Counted from the first letter of the stretch, positions 36,603 through 47,178 are shown. The stretch is DNA of 64,000 bases from Dehalococcoidia bacterium (GCA_016933195.1 JAFGBN010000009.1:26899-90898), one strand, 5' to 3'. Numbers and translations are program-made. Notes: generated by a model not told the origin, from the letters alone.

Positions 36603-37709
36603 ATGGTAAGTTATGATGAACTGAGATACTGGGTAGGCCTTTCCATGATACCAGGGATTGGCCGAGTAAGGATTTCCCATCTAAAAGAGCACTTTGGGAG
36701 TTTACAGGCCGCTTGGGAAGCTTCAGAGGGTGGATTAAAACAGGCTGGTTTGGATTCGCGAAGTGTAGATTCTTTACTTCTGCTGCGCTCCAGAATTCCC
36801 TTAGACGTAGAGATGGAAAAACTGGAACGCTACAAAGTAAAAGCTCTTGCCTGTGAAGATCCTTCCTATCCTTCTAGATTAAAGGAGGTTTACGATTGTC
36901 CACCAGTGCTTTATGTTAGAGGTAATCTCTCACCTCAGGATGAGCCTTGTCTTGCAGTGGTTGGCACCCGCCGCGCTACTATCTATGGAAGGCAAGTAAC
37001 TGAAGAGATCGTTGATGATTTGACACGAAGCAATATCACCATCGTTAGTGGACTAGCTAGGGGAATTGACTCCGTGGCTCATCGCACTGCTATAGATGCT
37101 GGAGGTAAGACTATAGCCGTTTTTGCTTCTGGGTTGGATATTGTATATCCTGCTGAGAATGCTAAATTAGCCCAGGCCATTATGGAACGCGGGGCTCTGG
37201 TAAGTGAGCATCCCTTAGGCATAAGGCCTAAAGCTGAGAACTTCCCCCTGCGTAACCGGATTATGAGTGGCTTGAGCTTAGGAGTATTGGTGATAGAAGC
37301 AGGAGAGAGGAGTGGGGCCTTAATCACTGCACATCAGGCAGTAGAACAAAATCGCGATGTTTTTGCTGTCCCTGGCAGCATTCTTTCTCCTGCCAGCAAG
37401 GGAACTAATCGCCTTATTCAAGAGGGAGCAAAGTTAGTTTGTAATTGTGACGATATTCTTGGGGAGCTGAACTTGACCACAATAGCGCAGCAACTGGAAA
37501 TTGAAGAATTTCAGCCAGCCAGCGAGGTTGAATCAGCCATAACAAAGCAATTGACTTCTGAGCCAAACCATATAGATGAAATCTGCCGTCACAGTGGTTT
37601 AGCTATGCCGGAGGTGAGTAGCACACTGGCTATGTTGGAATTGAAAGGGATAGTGAAACAGGTGGGGAATATGAATTATGTGTTGGCTCGTGAAGTCAGG
37701 ATAGGGTAA
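36603..37709 (+). CDS. dprA: DNA-processing protein DprA
   Basis: 368 aa: VVGTRRATIYG, IVSGLARGIDSVAHR, VIEAGERSGALITA. Confidence 0.9.
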   Translation: MVSYDELRYWVGLSMIPGIGRVRISHLKEHFGSLQAAWEASEGGLKQAGLDSRSVDSLLLLRSRIPLDVEMEKLERYKVKALACEDPSYPSRLKEVYDCPPVLYVRGNLSPQDEPCLAVVGTRRATIYGRQVTEEIVDDLTRSNITIVSGLARGIDSVAHRTAIDAGGKTIAVFASGLDIVYPAENAKLAQAIMERGALVSEHPLGIRPKAENFPLRNRIMSGLSLGVLVIEAGERSGALITAHQAVEQNRDVFAVPGSILSPASKGTNRLIQEGAKLVCNCDDILGELNLTTIAQQLEIEEFQPASEVESAITKQLTSEPNHIDEICRHSGLAMPEVSSTLAMLELKGIVKQVGNMNYVLAREVRIG

Positions 37710-37712
37710 GTT

Positions 37713-39923
37713 ATGTCAACTAAACTAGTCATCGTTGAATCCCCTGCTAAAGCGAGGACGCTCAATAAGATTCTGGGTCGTAGCTATGCTATTAAAGCAT
37801 CGCTGGGGCATGTACGCGATTTACCAAAGTCGAGTTTGGGGGTAACCGTAGAAAAGGATTTTGCCCCAAAGTACGTTGTTCCGCTGCAGAAAAGAAAGGT
37901 GATTAAAGAGATTAGGGAGGCGGCAAGTAAAGCTAGCTCCATTTATTTGGCTACCGACCCTGACCGTGAAGGAGAAGCAATCTCCTGGCACCTAGTGCAA
38001 GCGGCTAAGTTGGATAAGAATGACGTTCCTATTTACCGTATTGGTTTCCACGAAATAACCGAAGGAGCAGTCAAAGGAGCGTTCGAAAATCCTCGCTCTA
38101 TCGACATGAATCTGGTGAATGCTCAACAAACCAGGCGTATCCTCGACAGGCTCGTTGGCTATAAACTAAGTCCGCTGCTATGGAAGAAAGTTCAGAGAGG
38201 CCTTTCTGCCGGTAGGGTTCAGTCGGTAACAGTGAAAATAGTAGTTGATCGAGAGCGTGAAATCCAGAATTTCATTCCCCAGGAGTATTGGGTTATCGAA
38301 GTTGAATTAGCTCCACCCGAAGGGAAAGGGGTAAGCTTTAAAGCCAGGCTTCAGGGATTAATTGATGGCACCAAGCTGGATGTCTGCGAGAAGCGGGAGG
38401 CAGATGATATTGTTGCCTATCTGGAGAAGGCTGAGTATATAGTCAAGTCAATACAGACTAAAAACTTAGCTCGGCGCCCAGCTCCACCTTTTATCACCAG
38501 CACACTGCAGCAGGAAGCCTGGAGAAAACTGCATTTCACTGCTAAACGCACTATGGTTATTGCTCAACAACTTTATGAGGGTTTGCCTCTAGCCAAGGAA
38601 GGTTCAGTAGGGCTCATTACCTATATGCGCACCGATTCTACTAATGTCGCTGCCACTGCTTTAGCTGAAGCAAGAGATTTCATCAGCGAAAGGTATGGAA
38701 GTGATTTCCTGCCATCGAAGCCGCGTAGTTTCGCCAGGAAAGCAAAATGGGCACAAGAAGCTCACGAAGCAATTCGCCCTACCAAAATTTACCGTGAACC
38801 AGGGCAAATCAAGGCATTCCTTAAACCAGACCAACTGAAGCTTTATGAGCTTATATGGAAGCGTATGACAGCAAGCCAAATGGCATCAGTTTCATATGAT
38901 ATGACTAATGTAGAGATAGAGGCACGCAATGTTAACTACGAGCCAGCAACAAGGCGACCTCAAGGCTACCTGCTTAAAGCAGTTAGCTCTGTGGTCAAAT
39001 CTCCTGGGTTTATGGTTGTCTATAGCGAAAGCAAGGATGAAGATGAACAGGGAGAAAACTTTGTTTCCTTGCCTGAACTAGTAGATAGCAATAGTTTAAT
39101 CTGCTTGAAAGTTTTTCCCCAGCAGCATTTTACTCAACCACCACCTCGCTACAGCGAAGCTACATTGATAAAAGCGCTGGAGCAAAAGGGAATTGGGCGC
39201 CCCAGTACCTATGCCCCTATTATATCTACCATTCAGGAGAGAGACTATGTTCATAAAGTGGATGGTAAACTGTGCCCTGATGAGGTGGGGATAGTTGTCA
39301 ATGATATCTTGAATAAGCATTTCCCCAGAATTGTTGACCTTGGTTTTACTGCTCAAATGGAAAAACAACTGGACAAAATAGCTCAAGGCAGGCAGGAATG
39401 GGTAGCTGTGTTAAGAGATTTTTATTCCCCATTCGAGGATACACTGCGCAAGGCTTCAGCCAATATAGTTAAGATTGATATAAGCAAGGCAACTGACGAA
39501 ACTTGCCCTAACTGTGGTCGTACTATGGTGATAAAGGTGGGAAGGTTTGGCAAGTTCTTGGCCTGCAGTGGCTATCCCGAATGTAAGACGACTATGCCCT
39601 ATATGGTTAAAACGGGGGTTCTTTGCCCGCAGTGCGATGGTGAACTGGTGAAAAGAGTCAACAAAAAGAAGAGGGTGTTTTATGGGTGTAGCAATTTCCC
39701 CAAGTGTCAATTCACTACAAGTTATCAACCAATAGCCGAGCCCTGCCCTCAGTGTGGCAAGCTTCTAGTATTAAGCGGAAAAAGCTGGGTGAAATGTATA
39801 GCTTGTGGATATAAAGCAAGAGTAGCTGAGATGGAGTCAATTAAACAAAGTGGAACGGATACTATTACGGGTCACATAGTGCCGGAGCAATCTTCTGAAA
39901 TTGCCATGGTTAGCTCGCAATAA
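37713..39923 (+). CDS. topA: DNA topoisomerase I
   Basis: 736 aa: TOPRIM LVIVESPAKA..DPDREGEAI, active-site region GLITYMRTDS, C-terminal CxxC zinc ribbons. Confidence 0.95.
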   Translation: MSTKLVIVESPAKARTLNKILGRSYAIKASLGHVRDLPKSSLGVTVEKDFAPKYVVPLQKRKVIKEIREAASKASSIYLATDPDREGEAISWHLVQAAKLDKNDVPIYRIGFHEITEGAVKGAFENPRSIDMNLVNAQQTRRILDRLVGYKLSPLLWKKVQRGLSAGRVQSVTVKIVVDREREIQNFIPQEYWVIEVELAPPEGKGVSFKARLQGLIDGTKLDVCEKREADDIVAYLEKAEYIVKSIQTKNLARRPAPPFITSTLQQEAWRKLHFTAKRTMVIAQQLYEGLPLAKEGSVGLITYMRTDSTNVAATALAEARDFISERYGSDFLPSKPRSFARKAKWAQEAHEAIRPTKIYREPGQIKAFLKPDQLKLYELIWKRMTASQMASVSYDMTNVEIEARNVNYEPATRRPQGYLLKAVSSVVKSPGFMVVYSESKDEDEQGENFVSLPELVDSNSLICLKVFPQQHFTQPPPRYSEATLIKALEQKGIGRPSTYAPIISTIQERDYVHKVDGKLCPDEVGIVVNDILNKHFPRIVDLGFTAQMEKQLDKIAQGRQEWVAVLRDFYSPFEDTLRKASANIVKIDISKATDETCPNCGRTMVIKVGRFGKFLACSGYPECKTTMPYMVKTGVLCPQCDGELVKRVNKKKRVFYGCSNFPKCQFTTSYQPIAEPCPQCGKLLVLSGKSWVKCIACGYKARVAEMESIKQSGTDTITGHIVPEQSSEIAMVSSQ

Positions 39924-39940
39924 CCGGAAGGAGTAACCTT

Positions 39941-40387
39941 ATGAGAATTCTAGTTATCAATGGCCCCAATTTGAATATTCTGGGTAGAAGAGACAAGGAA
40001 GTATATACGGAGAAGACTTTGGCTGAAATTGAATCACTGTTGAAGAGCCAAGGCGAGGCACTAGATGTAGAGGTAATAACATTTCAGTCTAATAGCGAAG
40101 GTGAGCTTATAGATTTTATCCAGGAGCAATCAAATTCAGCCGATGGCATAATCATCAATCCTGGAGCGCTCACTCACTATAGCTTCTCTCTTCATGATGC
40201 TTTAGTTGACGTTAGGTTACCGATAATCGAAGTTCACTTATCTAACATTTACAGTCGGGAAGGATGGCGAGCAAATTCTGTAATTGCTCCTATAGTGAAA
40301 GGTCAAATCAGTGGTTTGGGGTGGAGGGGGTATGTTGCTGCTTTGCAAACCTTGATAGATGAATTGAGTGGTGGGAATTGGAAATAG
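39941..40387 (+). CDS. aroQ: type II 3-dehydroquinate dehydratase
   Basis: 148 aa: ILVINGPNLNILGRR, IIINPGALTHYS, EVHLSNIYSRE. Confidence 0.95.
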   Translation: MRILVINGPNLNILGRRDKEVYTEKTLAEIESLLKSQGEALDVEVITFQSNSEGELIDFIQEQSNSADGIIINPGALTHYSFSLHDALVDVRLPIIEVHLSNIYSREGWRANSVIAPIVKGQISGLGWRGYVAALQTLIDELSGGNWK

Positions 40388-41490
40388 AGCGGTTGCAGAG
40401 ATTGAGGCCGGGGATTACCGAAAAGGGCTTGGATGCATTTTTAGTTTCCCATGCAGAGAACTTGCGTTACCTTTCTGGGTTTACTGGCTCTTCAGGATGG
40501 CTGCTTATCTCCGACAATAATGCCATTTTGGCTACTGATTTCCGTTATACAGAGCAAGCCAAGGGGGAAGCGCCTGATTATGAAATCATTCAAACGAGAG
40601 GAGACTTGAGTAATTGGCTCCCTGATTTGCTATCAGATCTGGGTTGGCAGAAGCTGGGCTTTGAGGCTAATTTCGTTTCTTACCATAGTTATCACGAGCT
40701 CAGCGAAACAATAAAATCCAAGCAAAGTAACCTTGAGCTTATCCCTACCACCAGCCTGGTAGAGCACCTTCGTAGCGTAAAAGAGCCAGAGGAATTGGAG
40801 CTTGTTAATAAGGCAGCGGAATTAACTGACGCTGCTTTTGAACAGGCTAAATCGATGGTCCATCCTGGAGTAACGGAAAAAGAGATAGCCTGGGAGGTGG
40901 AGAAGTTTCTCCGTCAGGGGGGAAGTGAAGGAGTAGCTTTCGAGATTATAGTAGCCTCAGGCCCTAATTCAGCTTTGCCTCATGCTAAGCCTGGCGAAAG
41001 ACTAATTTGCTCTGGTGAACCAGTGCTGATTGACATGGGAGCTAGGATTGGCGGTTATTGTAGCGACTTCAGCCGCACTTTGTGTTGTGGAGAAGCTGAC
41101 AGAACTCTGCAGGAAATTCATGGTATAGTTTTGAAGGCGCAAACCGCCGCTATATCAGGAATTGAATCAGGTATGGATGCTTCTCAAGTAGATGGGCTGG
41201 CTCGAGCCGTTATAGAGCAAGCTGGCTATGGCGACGCTTTTGGGCATAGCTTAGGACATGGCGTTGGACTTGAAGTGCACGAAGCTCCCACACTCGGTTC
41301 TAATTCCCCCGATATGTTGCTGGATGGTATGGTGTTCACTATTGAGCCTGGAATTTACATAGCTGGGTGGGGTGGTGTTAGAATCGAGGACTTAGTGACC
41401 CTGGAAAAAGGCAGGGTTAAGGTGCTTACCAAGTCAAGGAAAGACATTCAGCTATCAGTTTTCAGTAATCAGCAACCTACTGAACACTGA
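40378..41490 (+). CDS. Xaa-Pro aminopeptidase (M24 family)
   Basis: 370 aa: creatinase-like N-domain plus M24 motifs (VLIDMGARIGGYCSDFSRT, GHSLGHGVGLEVHE, IEPGIY, VRIED). TTG start overlaps the aroQ end. Confidence 0.85.
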   Translation: MEIERLQRLRPGITEKGLDAFLVSHAENLRYLSGFTGSSGWLLISDNNAILATDFRYTEQAKGEAPDYEIIQTRGDLSNWLPDLLSDLGWQKLGFEANFVSYHSYHELSETIKSKQSNLELIPTTSLVEHLRSVKEPEELELVNKAAELTDAAFEQAKSMVHPGVTEKEIAWEVEKFLRQGGSEGVAFEIIVASGPNSALPHAKPGERLICSGEPVLIDMGARIGGYCSDFSRTLCCGEADRTLQEIHGIVLKAQTAAISGIESGMDASQVDGLARAVIEQAGYGDAFGHSLGHGVGLEVHEAPTLGSNSPDMLLDGMVFTIEPGIYIAGWGGVRIEDLVTLEKGRVKVLTKSRKDIQLSVFSNQQPTEH

Positions 41491-41514
41491 CGGCTGGCTG
41501 GTGAATGCTCAACA

Positions 41515-41874
41515 ATGAAAGATTTTAGAAACTTGAAGGTATGGCAAAGGAGCCATGAGCTAGCATTGTTCGTATATAAGGTTACATTGTCCTTTCCTCG
41601 AGACGAAATCTATGGATTGATAAGTCAGCTTCGAAGAGCTGCTTCATCAATTCCGGCGAATATTGCTGAGGGATGCGGTTGTAATGGAAACCGTGAGTTC
41701 ACCCGCTTTTTGGGTATTGCCTTGAGGAGTGCCAGTGAGACCGAATATCACTTGCTTCTAGCCCGAGATCTCGAATAGCTAGAGACGAAAATTTATGAGG
41801 AATTGAACAACCGAGTAACGGAAGTAAAGCGCATGCTTACAGGATTGATACAAAAACTGAATGCTGATGGCTGA
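41515..41874 (+). pseudogene. four-helix-bundle protein (23S rRNA IVS-protein family) with an in-frame amber codon
   Basis: FRNLKVWQRSHELALFVYKVT..FPRDEIYGLISQLRRAASSIPANIAEG. TAG at 41776-41778 falls where the family continues (ARDLE*LETKIYEEL...VKRMLTGLIQKL), in frame to the TGA at 41872-41874. Confidence 0.65.
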
Positions 41875-41905
41875 ATGCTTATAGAGAAGGAGCGGAGGTT
41901 ATTCT

Positions 41906-42466
41906 ATGATTGATGCTGGAGAGTTGAGAAAAGGAGTTGCCATAGAGTTGGATGGCAGCATATATCTAGTTGTGGAGTACCAGCATGTTAAAATGCAGCA
42001 AAGGCAACCTGTAATCAGATTAAAGCTACGTGATGTTCGCAGCGGTAACGTCACGGAGCGAAATTTTCAATCTGGTGACAAAGTTGAGCCAGTTTTTCTG
42101 GAGCACCGCGCCGTCCAGTATCTCTATATTGATGGCAGTCTCTATTATTTCATGGACAACGACAGCTATGAGCAAATAGCTTTGGCCGCGGAGCAAATAG
42201 GAGAGGCAATAAACTATCTAAAAGATGGGTTGACTTTGGAGATTCTTACCTGTAAAGGCGAAGCAGTCAGTATAGAGTTGCCTACTTCGGTAGAACTCCA
42301 GGTTATAGAGACAGAACCTGGTTTCAAGGGAAATCGGGCTACCGCGGGCACTAAATCTGCTAAGCTGGAAACAGGCATTGCAGTTCAAGTCCCTCTTTTC
42401 ATTGACATGGGCGATGTTATTAAGGTTGATACTCGTACCGGTGGATATCTGGAGAAGGTAAGCTAA
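41906..42466 (+). CDS. efp: elongation factor P
   Basis: 186 aa; the family pattern continues through ...VQVPLFIDMGDVIKVDTRTGGYLEKV. Confidence 0.95.
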   Translation: MIDAGELRKGVAIELDGSIYLVVEYQHVKMQQRQPVIRLKLRDVRSGNVTERNFQSGDKVEPVFLEHRAVQYLYIDGSLYYFMDNDSYEQIALAAEQIGEAINYLKDGLTLEILTCKGEAVSIELPTSVELQVIETEPGFKGNRATAGTKSAKLETGIAVQVPLFIDMGDVIKVDTRTGGYLEKVS

Positions 42467-43114
42467 TTGTTTAGAGCTGATTTACATGTTCATACTTGCT
42501 ATTCCGGGGATTGCGGCACGCCTTTGGAGCAAGTAATTTCTCGTTGCCTTGAGGTGGGTATAAACTGCGTTGCTATAGCTGACCACAACACCATTGCTGG
42601 TGCCCTGAAACTAAAGGAGATGGCTCCCTTCAAGGTGATTGTTGCTGAAGAAGTGTTAACCCCCGTTGGCGAGTTGATGGGGCTATTTCTGACTGAGGAA
42701 ATTCCCAAGGGACTATCCCCCGAGGAAACAATAGCTCGAATCAGAAGTCAGGGTGGTCTAGTTGGCATTCCTCATCCATTTGGCCGAGTACCTTTCCAAA
42801 ATGCTAAGAAGCTGCTGTCAGAGAAAATTCTATCTCAGGTTGATGTCATAGAAGTTTTTAACTCGCGCACTCCCTTTCCTAATAGCACCACTAAGGCCTG
42901 GAAATTGGTCAAGGAGCGTGGATTGGCTGCCAGCGCTGGCAGTGATGCTCATACTGCTCGTGAAATTGGGCGAGCATATGTGGAAATGCCTGAATTCAAC
43001 GGCTCGAAAGATTTCCTTGACTGTTTAACGCAGGGCAGAATATTTGGCCGAAGGTCTAGCCCTTTGGTTCACTTTGCTATCACCTGGACAAAGATAAGAA
43101 AGCGCCTTGCTTAA
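42467..43114 (+). CDS. PHP-domain phosphoesterase
   Basis: 215 aa: ADLHVHTCYSGDC, IADHNTI, GSDAHTA. Confidence 0.75.
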   Translation: MFRADLHVHTCYSGDCGTPLEQVISRCLEVGINCVAIADHNTIAGALKLKEMAPFKVIVAEEVLTPVGELMGLFLTEEIPKGLSPEETIARIRSQGGLVGIPHPFGRVPFQNAKKLLSEKILSQVDVIEVFNSRTPFPNSTTKAWKLVKERGLAASAGSDAHTAREIGRAYVEMPEFNGSKDFLDCLTQGRIFGRRSSPLVHFAITWTKIRKRLA

Positions 43115-43131
43115 GGAGGTAAAGCTAAGCT

Positions 43132-43974
43132 TTGCTGAAGATTGGCTGGTTTTCCACAGGCAGAGATGAGGCGGCAGGTCGGCTTCTGCAAACTGTGCAG
43201 GATAGCATCCACAGCGGCGGGATTAAGGGCAAAATCAGCTTCGTTTTCAGCAATCGGGAGCCTGGCGAAGCGGAGGAAAGTGATTTGTTTTTTAAGCTGG
43301 TTCACAGCTACGACATTCCTCTTGTTTATTTCTCCCATAGAAAGTTCAAAACCCTACTCCTTGAAAGGAGTGGGACAGGAGAGACTGAAGCGAAGCAATC
43401 CCGAGAGAATTGGCGACTTAAATATGATAGGGAGATACACAGAAGAATTGAAGAATTCACCCCTGGCATTTGTGTCCTTGCCGGTTATATGCTCATCGTA
43501 GGAGAAGAGCTGTGCCGAAAATATAATATGATTAATCTTCATCCAGCACCTCCTGATGGGCCTACAGGTAGCTGGCAAGAAGTTATTCGAAAACTGCTGC
43601 AAGACAAAGCTGAGAAAGCCGGAGCAATGATGCACTTAGTCACTCCTGAGTTGGACAGAGGGCCAGTAATTAGTTATTGCACCTTCTCTATCAGAGGCGA
43701 GCCATTTGCTCAATATTGGCAAAAGAATGATAAAAATACGCTGTTCTGCCTTATTCGTCGGCATGAGCTCGCTAGGGAATTCCCTCTCATTATCTCCACG
43801 CTACAAGCTCTGAGTCAGGGCGAGCTTAACCTGAGAGGAGATGAGGTAATCGATGCCCGGGGAAATTCAATTGGTGGCTATGACCTTAGCAGTGAAATAG
43901 ACAAGATGGTAAAGAGCAATATTGCTTCGCTTGCGATGACAAATGGGGTATCATTGCGAAGCACGGAGTGCTGA
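43132..43974 (+). CDS. formyltransferase-family (PurN-like) protein
   Basis: 280 aa: VFSNREPGE, LAGYMLIVGEEL, NLHPAPPDGP (the formyltransferase NLHP motif). TTG start 12 nt after AAGGAGG. Confidence 0.6.
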   Translation: MLKIGWFSTGRDEAAGRLLQTVQDSIHSGGIKGKISFVFSNREPGEAEESDLFFKLVHSYDIPLVYFSHRKFKTLLLERSGTGETEAKQSRENWRLKYDREIHRRIEEFTPGICVLAGYMLIVGEELCRKYNMINLHPAPPDGPTGSWQEVIRKLLQDKAEKAGAMMHLVTPELDRGPVISYCTFSIRGEPFAQYWQKNDKNTLFCLIRRHELAREFPLIISTLQALSQGELNLRGDEVIDARGNSIGGYDLSSEIDKMVKSNIASLAMTNGVSLRSTEC

Positions 43975-44018
43975 AGCAATCTTGGGGCCAGGATAGAAAG
44001 ATAGGAAGCAAGACTGAA

Positions 44019-44999
44019 ATGAACCTAATCTGCTTTGACCTTGAAGGTCCGCTATCTCCAAGGGATAATGCCTATGAATTAATGAAGCTATTCCCCAATG
44101 GCGATAAAGTTTTTGAGGTCATCAGCCGCTACGACGATTTGCTAACTCTGGAGGGCAAAGCTGACTATGAGCCCGGGGATACACTGGCTCTCATCGCTCC
44201 TTTCCTTGCCTGTCATGGAATAAAGGAAAGACAAATTACCGCTATGGGGCATGAAGCTAGCTTAACCACAGGCGCGGCCGAATTACTCTCCCAGCTTGAA
44301 GCTAGAGGATGGCAGGTATTTTGCATTAGTACCAGCTATGAACAGTACGCTTTATCTATAACGCAAAGGCTGAATATATCCAGTGAAAATGTAGCTTGCA
44401 CCTCTTTTCCCTTGGATTTGATTTGTCAGTTGCTAAGTGAAGATGATTCCACATTGCTAAAGCAGGCAGAGGAAGAATTTGCAACCTTGAGTGATGATGC
44501 CATGATAAAACAAACCCTGGACCGCTTTTATTGGCAGGAGTTGCCCAAGACAAGCTCGGGAAGAATCATGACGCAGGTGAAGCCTGTAGGCGGGAAACGG
44601 AAGGTGGAGGCACTGGAATATTTCGCCACCAGAGTGGGGAAGCCGCTTTCCCAATGGGTAGCAGTGGGTGATAGCATCACGGATTTTAAAATGCTCCAAG
44701 CGGTGAATAGAGTCGGCGGTCTGGCGGTCGCTTTTAATGCTAACGAGTATGTGTTGCCTTACTCTACTATGGGCTTGGCATCTGCGGATTTATGCGACTT
44801 ATGGGCAGCTTTGGAAGTTTGGGAAAGAGGTGGGCAGGAGGCAACGGAGAGAGCAATTAAGAGTAGGGAGAAAACTGGTGGTAGTGGTGACAGAGGCTAC
44901 TTCCATTGGCTAAATGGAGTTCAAGACATAAGTCGCCCACTGGAGAGCCATAAAAGGATAAGACGATTGGTCAGAGAAGAAGCAGCCAAATTGGGTTAA
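44019..44999 (+). CDS. HAD-superfamily-like protein (EhaR-like, function unknown)
   Basis: Start chosen at MNLICFDLEGPLS (DxE/DxD-type HAD motif I). AVGDSITD late motif. Family name is recalled and unverified. Confidence 0.5.
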   Translation: MNLICFDLEGPLSPRDNAYELMKLFPNGDKVFEVISRYDDLLTLEGKADYEPGDTLALIAPFLACHGIKERQITAMGHEASLTTGAAELLSQLEARGWQVFCISTSYEQYALSITQRLNISSENVACTSFPLDLICQLLSEDDSTLLKQAEEEFATLSDDAMIKQTLDRFYWQELPKTSSGRIMTQVKPVGGKRKVEALEYFATRVGKPLSQWVAVGDSITDFKMLQAVNRVGGLAVAFNANEYVLPYSTMGLASADLCDLWAALEVWERGGQEATERAIKSREKTGGSGDRGYFHWLNGVQDISRPLESHKRIRRLVREEAAKLG

Positions 45000-45170
45000 T
45001 ATATATTCCCTAATCTCGCCTCTTAGTGCCGTTAATCAGCCACACCACTGCAGCAATGAGGATTACAGAAATGGTGACAACAGTAATCAAGCCTGCTTTG
45101 CTTAAGCCCAAAAAACTTGAAGGGCTAGCTGAATTCAGGGTCAGGACTTGGCTAGCAACTAACAAGGAGT

Positions 45171-45776
45171 TCATTTCTTTTCTGGCTTGGAGAGTATTTC
45201 GTCTACAATTCCATATTCCACTGCTTGCTGGGGGTCGAGATAAAAATCTCTGTCGGTATCATGGGCAATCTTCTCCATTGTCTGGCCTGTGTGCTTAGCA
45301 ATGATATTGCGGATTTTTTCTTGCATCCTCATGATTTCCCGAGCAGCAATTTCAATATCGGCTGCTTGACCTTGAGCACCTCCAATTGCTTGGTGGAGAT
45401 GTATAGTGGAGTTGGGTAGAGCGTACCTCTTACCTTTAGTTCCAGCGCAAAGAAGCAAAGTGCCCATACTAGCTGCCAAACCAACGCAGATGGTGGACAC
45501 ACCGCAGCGAAGAAGCTGCATAGTATCATAGATAGCTAAGCCAGCACTGATAACGCCGCCAGGACAATGAATATAAAGACTTATATCCTTATCAGGGTCT
45601 TCTCTCTCAAGATAGAGGAGTTGTGCGATAATGAGGTTGGCTATCTGGTCATTTATAGGTGTGCCTAAAAAAACGATCCTTTCCTTCAGTAGAAGGGAAT
45701 ATATGTCAAAGGCACGCTCGCCACGGGCACCGGTCTCAGTTACCGTGGGAATTACTACTTGAGATTTCATTTCCAT
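45171..45776 (-). CDS. clpP: ATP-dependent Clp protease proteolytic subunit
   Basis: 201 aa: [22 protein letters not shown] (active Ser), IHLHQ. Confidence 0.95.
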   Translation of the reverse strand: MEMKSQVVIPTVTETGARGERAFDIYSLLLKERIVFLGTPINDQIANLIIAQLLYLEREDPDKDISLYIHCPGGVISAGLAIYDTMQLLRCGVSTICVGLAASMGTLLLCAGTKGKRYALPNSTIHLHQAIGGAQGQAADIEIAAREIMRMQEKIRNIIAKHTGQTMEKIAHDTDRDFYLDPQQAVEYGIVDEILSKPEKK

Positions 45777-45792
45777 TTGGCTCTCCTTGGCT

Positions 45793-47067
45793 TTATTCTT
45801 CTTGATAGCCGCTGACTATTTGTACTAATCGGGCTATTGTCTTCTCAGTGCGTAAAGATTGTTCGATTGATTCTCTAACTTGCGGCAGGGCAAAGAACTG
45901 TTGCATCCTCTCTTTATCCTTGGCATCCTTCATAATTTCCTCTACTTTATTATCTACTTCCGACGAATCAATTTCAACTTTTTCTTCCTCAGCTATCTTA
46001 TCTAGAACGAGAGTGTGAATGATTCGCTTTTTGGCTATAGGACGCAGCTTCTCTCTATATTCTTCCTTTGTCTTGTTAGTTCTGTTAAGATAGTCTTGTA
46101 TCTCCTTGAAACCAAACCGTTGTGACTCATCTTCAAGGAGCCTATCAATTTCTCTATCCTCCAAAACAGGAGGGTAGTCTACCTCGCTGAGTTCGATAGT
46201 ATCATCGAGCGCTTTTTGCCTTAGCTTCTGGCGGCTTATCTCCTCAGCTTCAGCTTTCAGGCTAGCAAACACCTTTTCCTTCATAGCAGCAAGGTTATCA
46301 TAGCCAGCGCTCTGAGCAAATTCATCATCAATCTGCGGTAAGTTCTTCTCCTTTATTTCAGCAACAGTAATCTTGAAAACGCATTGCTTACCGGCTAGTT
46401 CCTTGGTTCTATAGTCGGCGGGAACATTAAGGCTGAAAGCCTTTTCTTTGTTTTTTTCGGTACCTGCTAGGTTTTGGTTGAATCCAGGTAGAGGAAAGGT
46501 TGATTTTTCACTCACTTCATATACCATATCTTTATGGTTTAGAAATGGCTTACCTTCAATGGTAGCTTCGATATTCATAGTAATCACATCATCAAATTGA
46601 ACAGGACGGTCTACAGGTGATAATATTGCTTGTTCTTGTCGAATCTGTTCTATAGCTGCTTCGATTTGCTCATCACTGATTTCCACTGACTCAGGCTCCA
46701 ACTTTATACCATGGTAATCGCCAAGCTTAATTGTAGGCTTGAGGGGCACGATGGCTTTGAGAACCACGGGGTCAGTTTGAGTAATTTCCATATGTGGCTC
46801 AGCAATAGGCTTGATCTCCTGCGATTCAATTGCCTCTTTATAAAGCTGTGGTATTAGACGTTCCAAGGCGTCTTCCAGTAAAGCGCCTTTGCCTAGATGC
46901 TGCTCTAGAATAGCTCTTGGTGCCTTTCCCTTGCGGAAACCAGGTATAGATGCCTTATTAACTAAGCGATGATAGGCTTCACTTAGGGATTTATCTAACT
47001 CTCCTGCTTCAGCCTCTATAGTGAGGGCTACTTGGCAATTTTCCATCTTTTCCGTGCTTACTTTCAT
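45793..47067 (-). CDS. tig: trigger factor
   Basis: 424 aa: N-terminal [15 protein letters not shown] signature. Lies upstream of clpP. Confidence 0.9.
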   Translation of the reverse strand: MKVSTEKMENCQVALTIEAEAGELDKSLSEAYHRLVNKASIPGFRKGKAPRAILEQHLGKGALLEDALERLIPQLYKEAIESQEIKPIAEPHMEITQTDPVVLKAIVPLKPTIKLGDYHGIKLEPESVEISDEQIEAAIEQIRQEQAILSPVDRPVQFDDVITMNIEATIEGKPFLNHKDMVYEVSEKSTFPLPGFNQNLAGTEKNKEKAFSLNVPADYRTKELAGKQCVFKITVAEIKEKNLPQIDDEFAQSAGYDNLAAMKEKVFASLKAEAEEISRQKLRQKALDDTIELSEVDYPPVLEDREIDRLLEDESQRFGFKEIQDYLNRTNKTKEEYREKLRPIAKKRIIHTLVLDKIAEEEKVEIDSSEVDNKVEEIMKDAKDKERMQQFFALPQVRESIEQSLRTEKTIARLVQIVSGYQEE

Positions 47068-47084
47068 ATCTCACACCTTTTATT

Positions 47085-47178
47085 ATTCTGAGTGTAGCGA
47101 AGAATCTCCTATTTAGTTCCTTTCTAGCATAAGGATTCAGTGCTTTGGCTCACTGGGGTAAACTTCGCGAAGAATCTC
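47085..47178. repeat. two modules of the dispersed palindromic repeat family spanning the tig-aspS spacer and the aspS 3' end
   Basis: attctgagtgtagcgaagaatctcc (47085-47109) and ggctcactggggtaaacttcgcgaagaatctc (47147-47178). Compare with 50866-50927. Confidence 0.6.
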
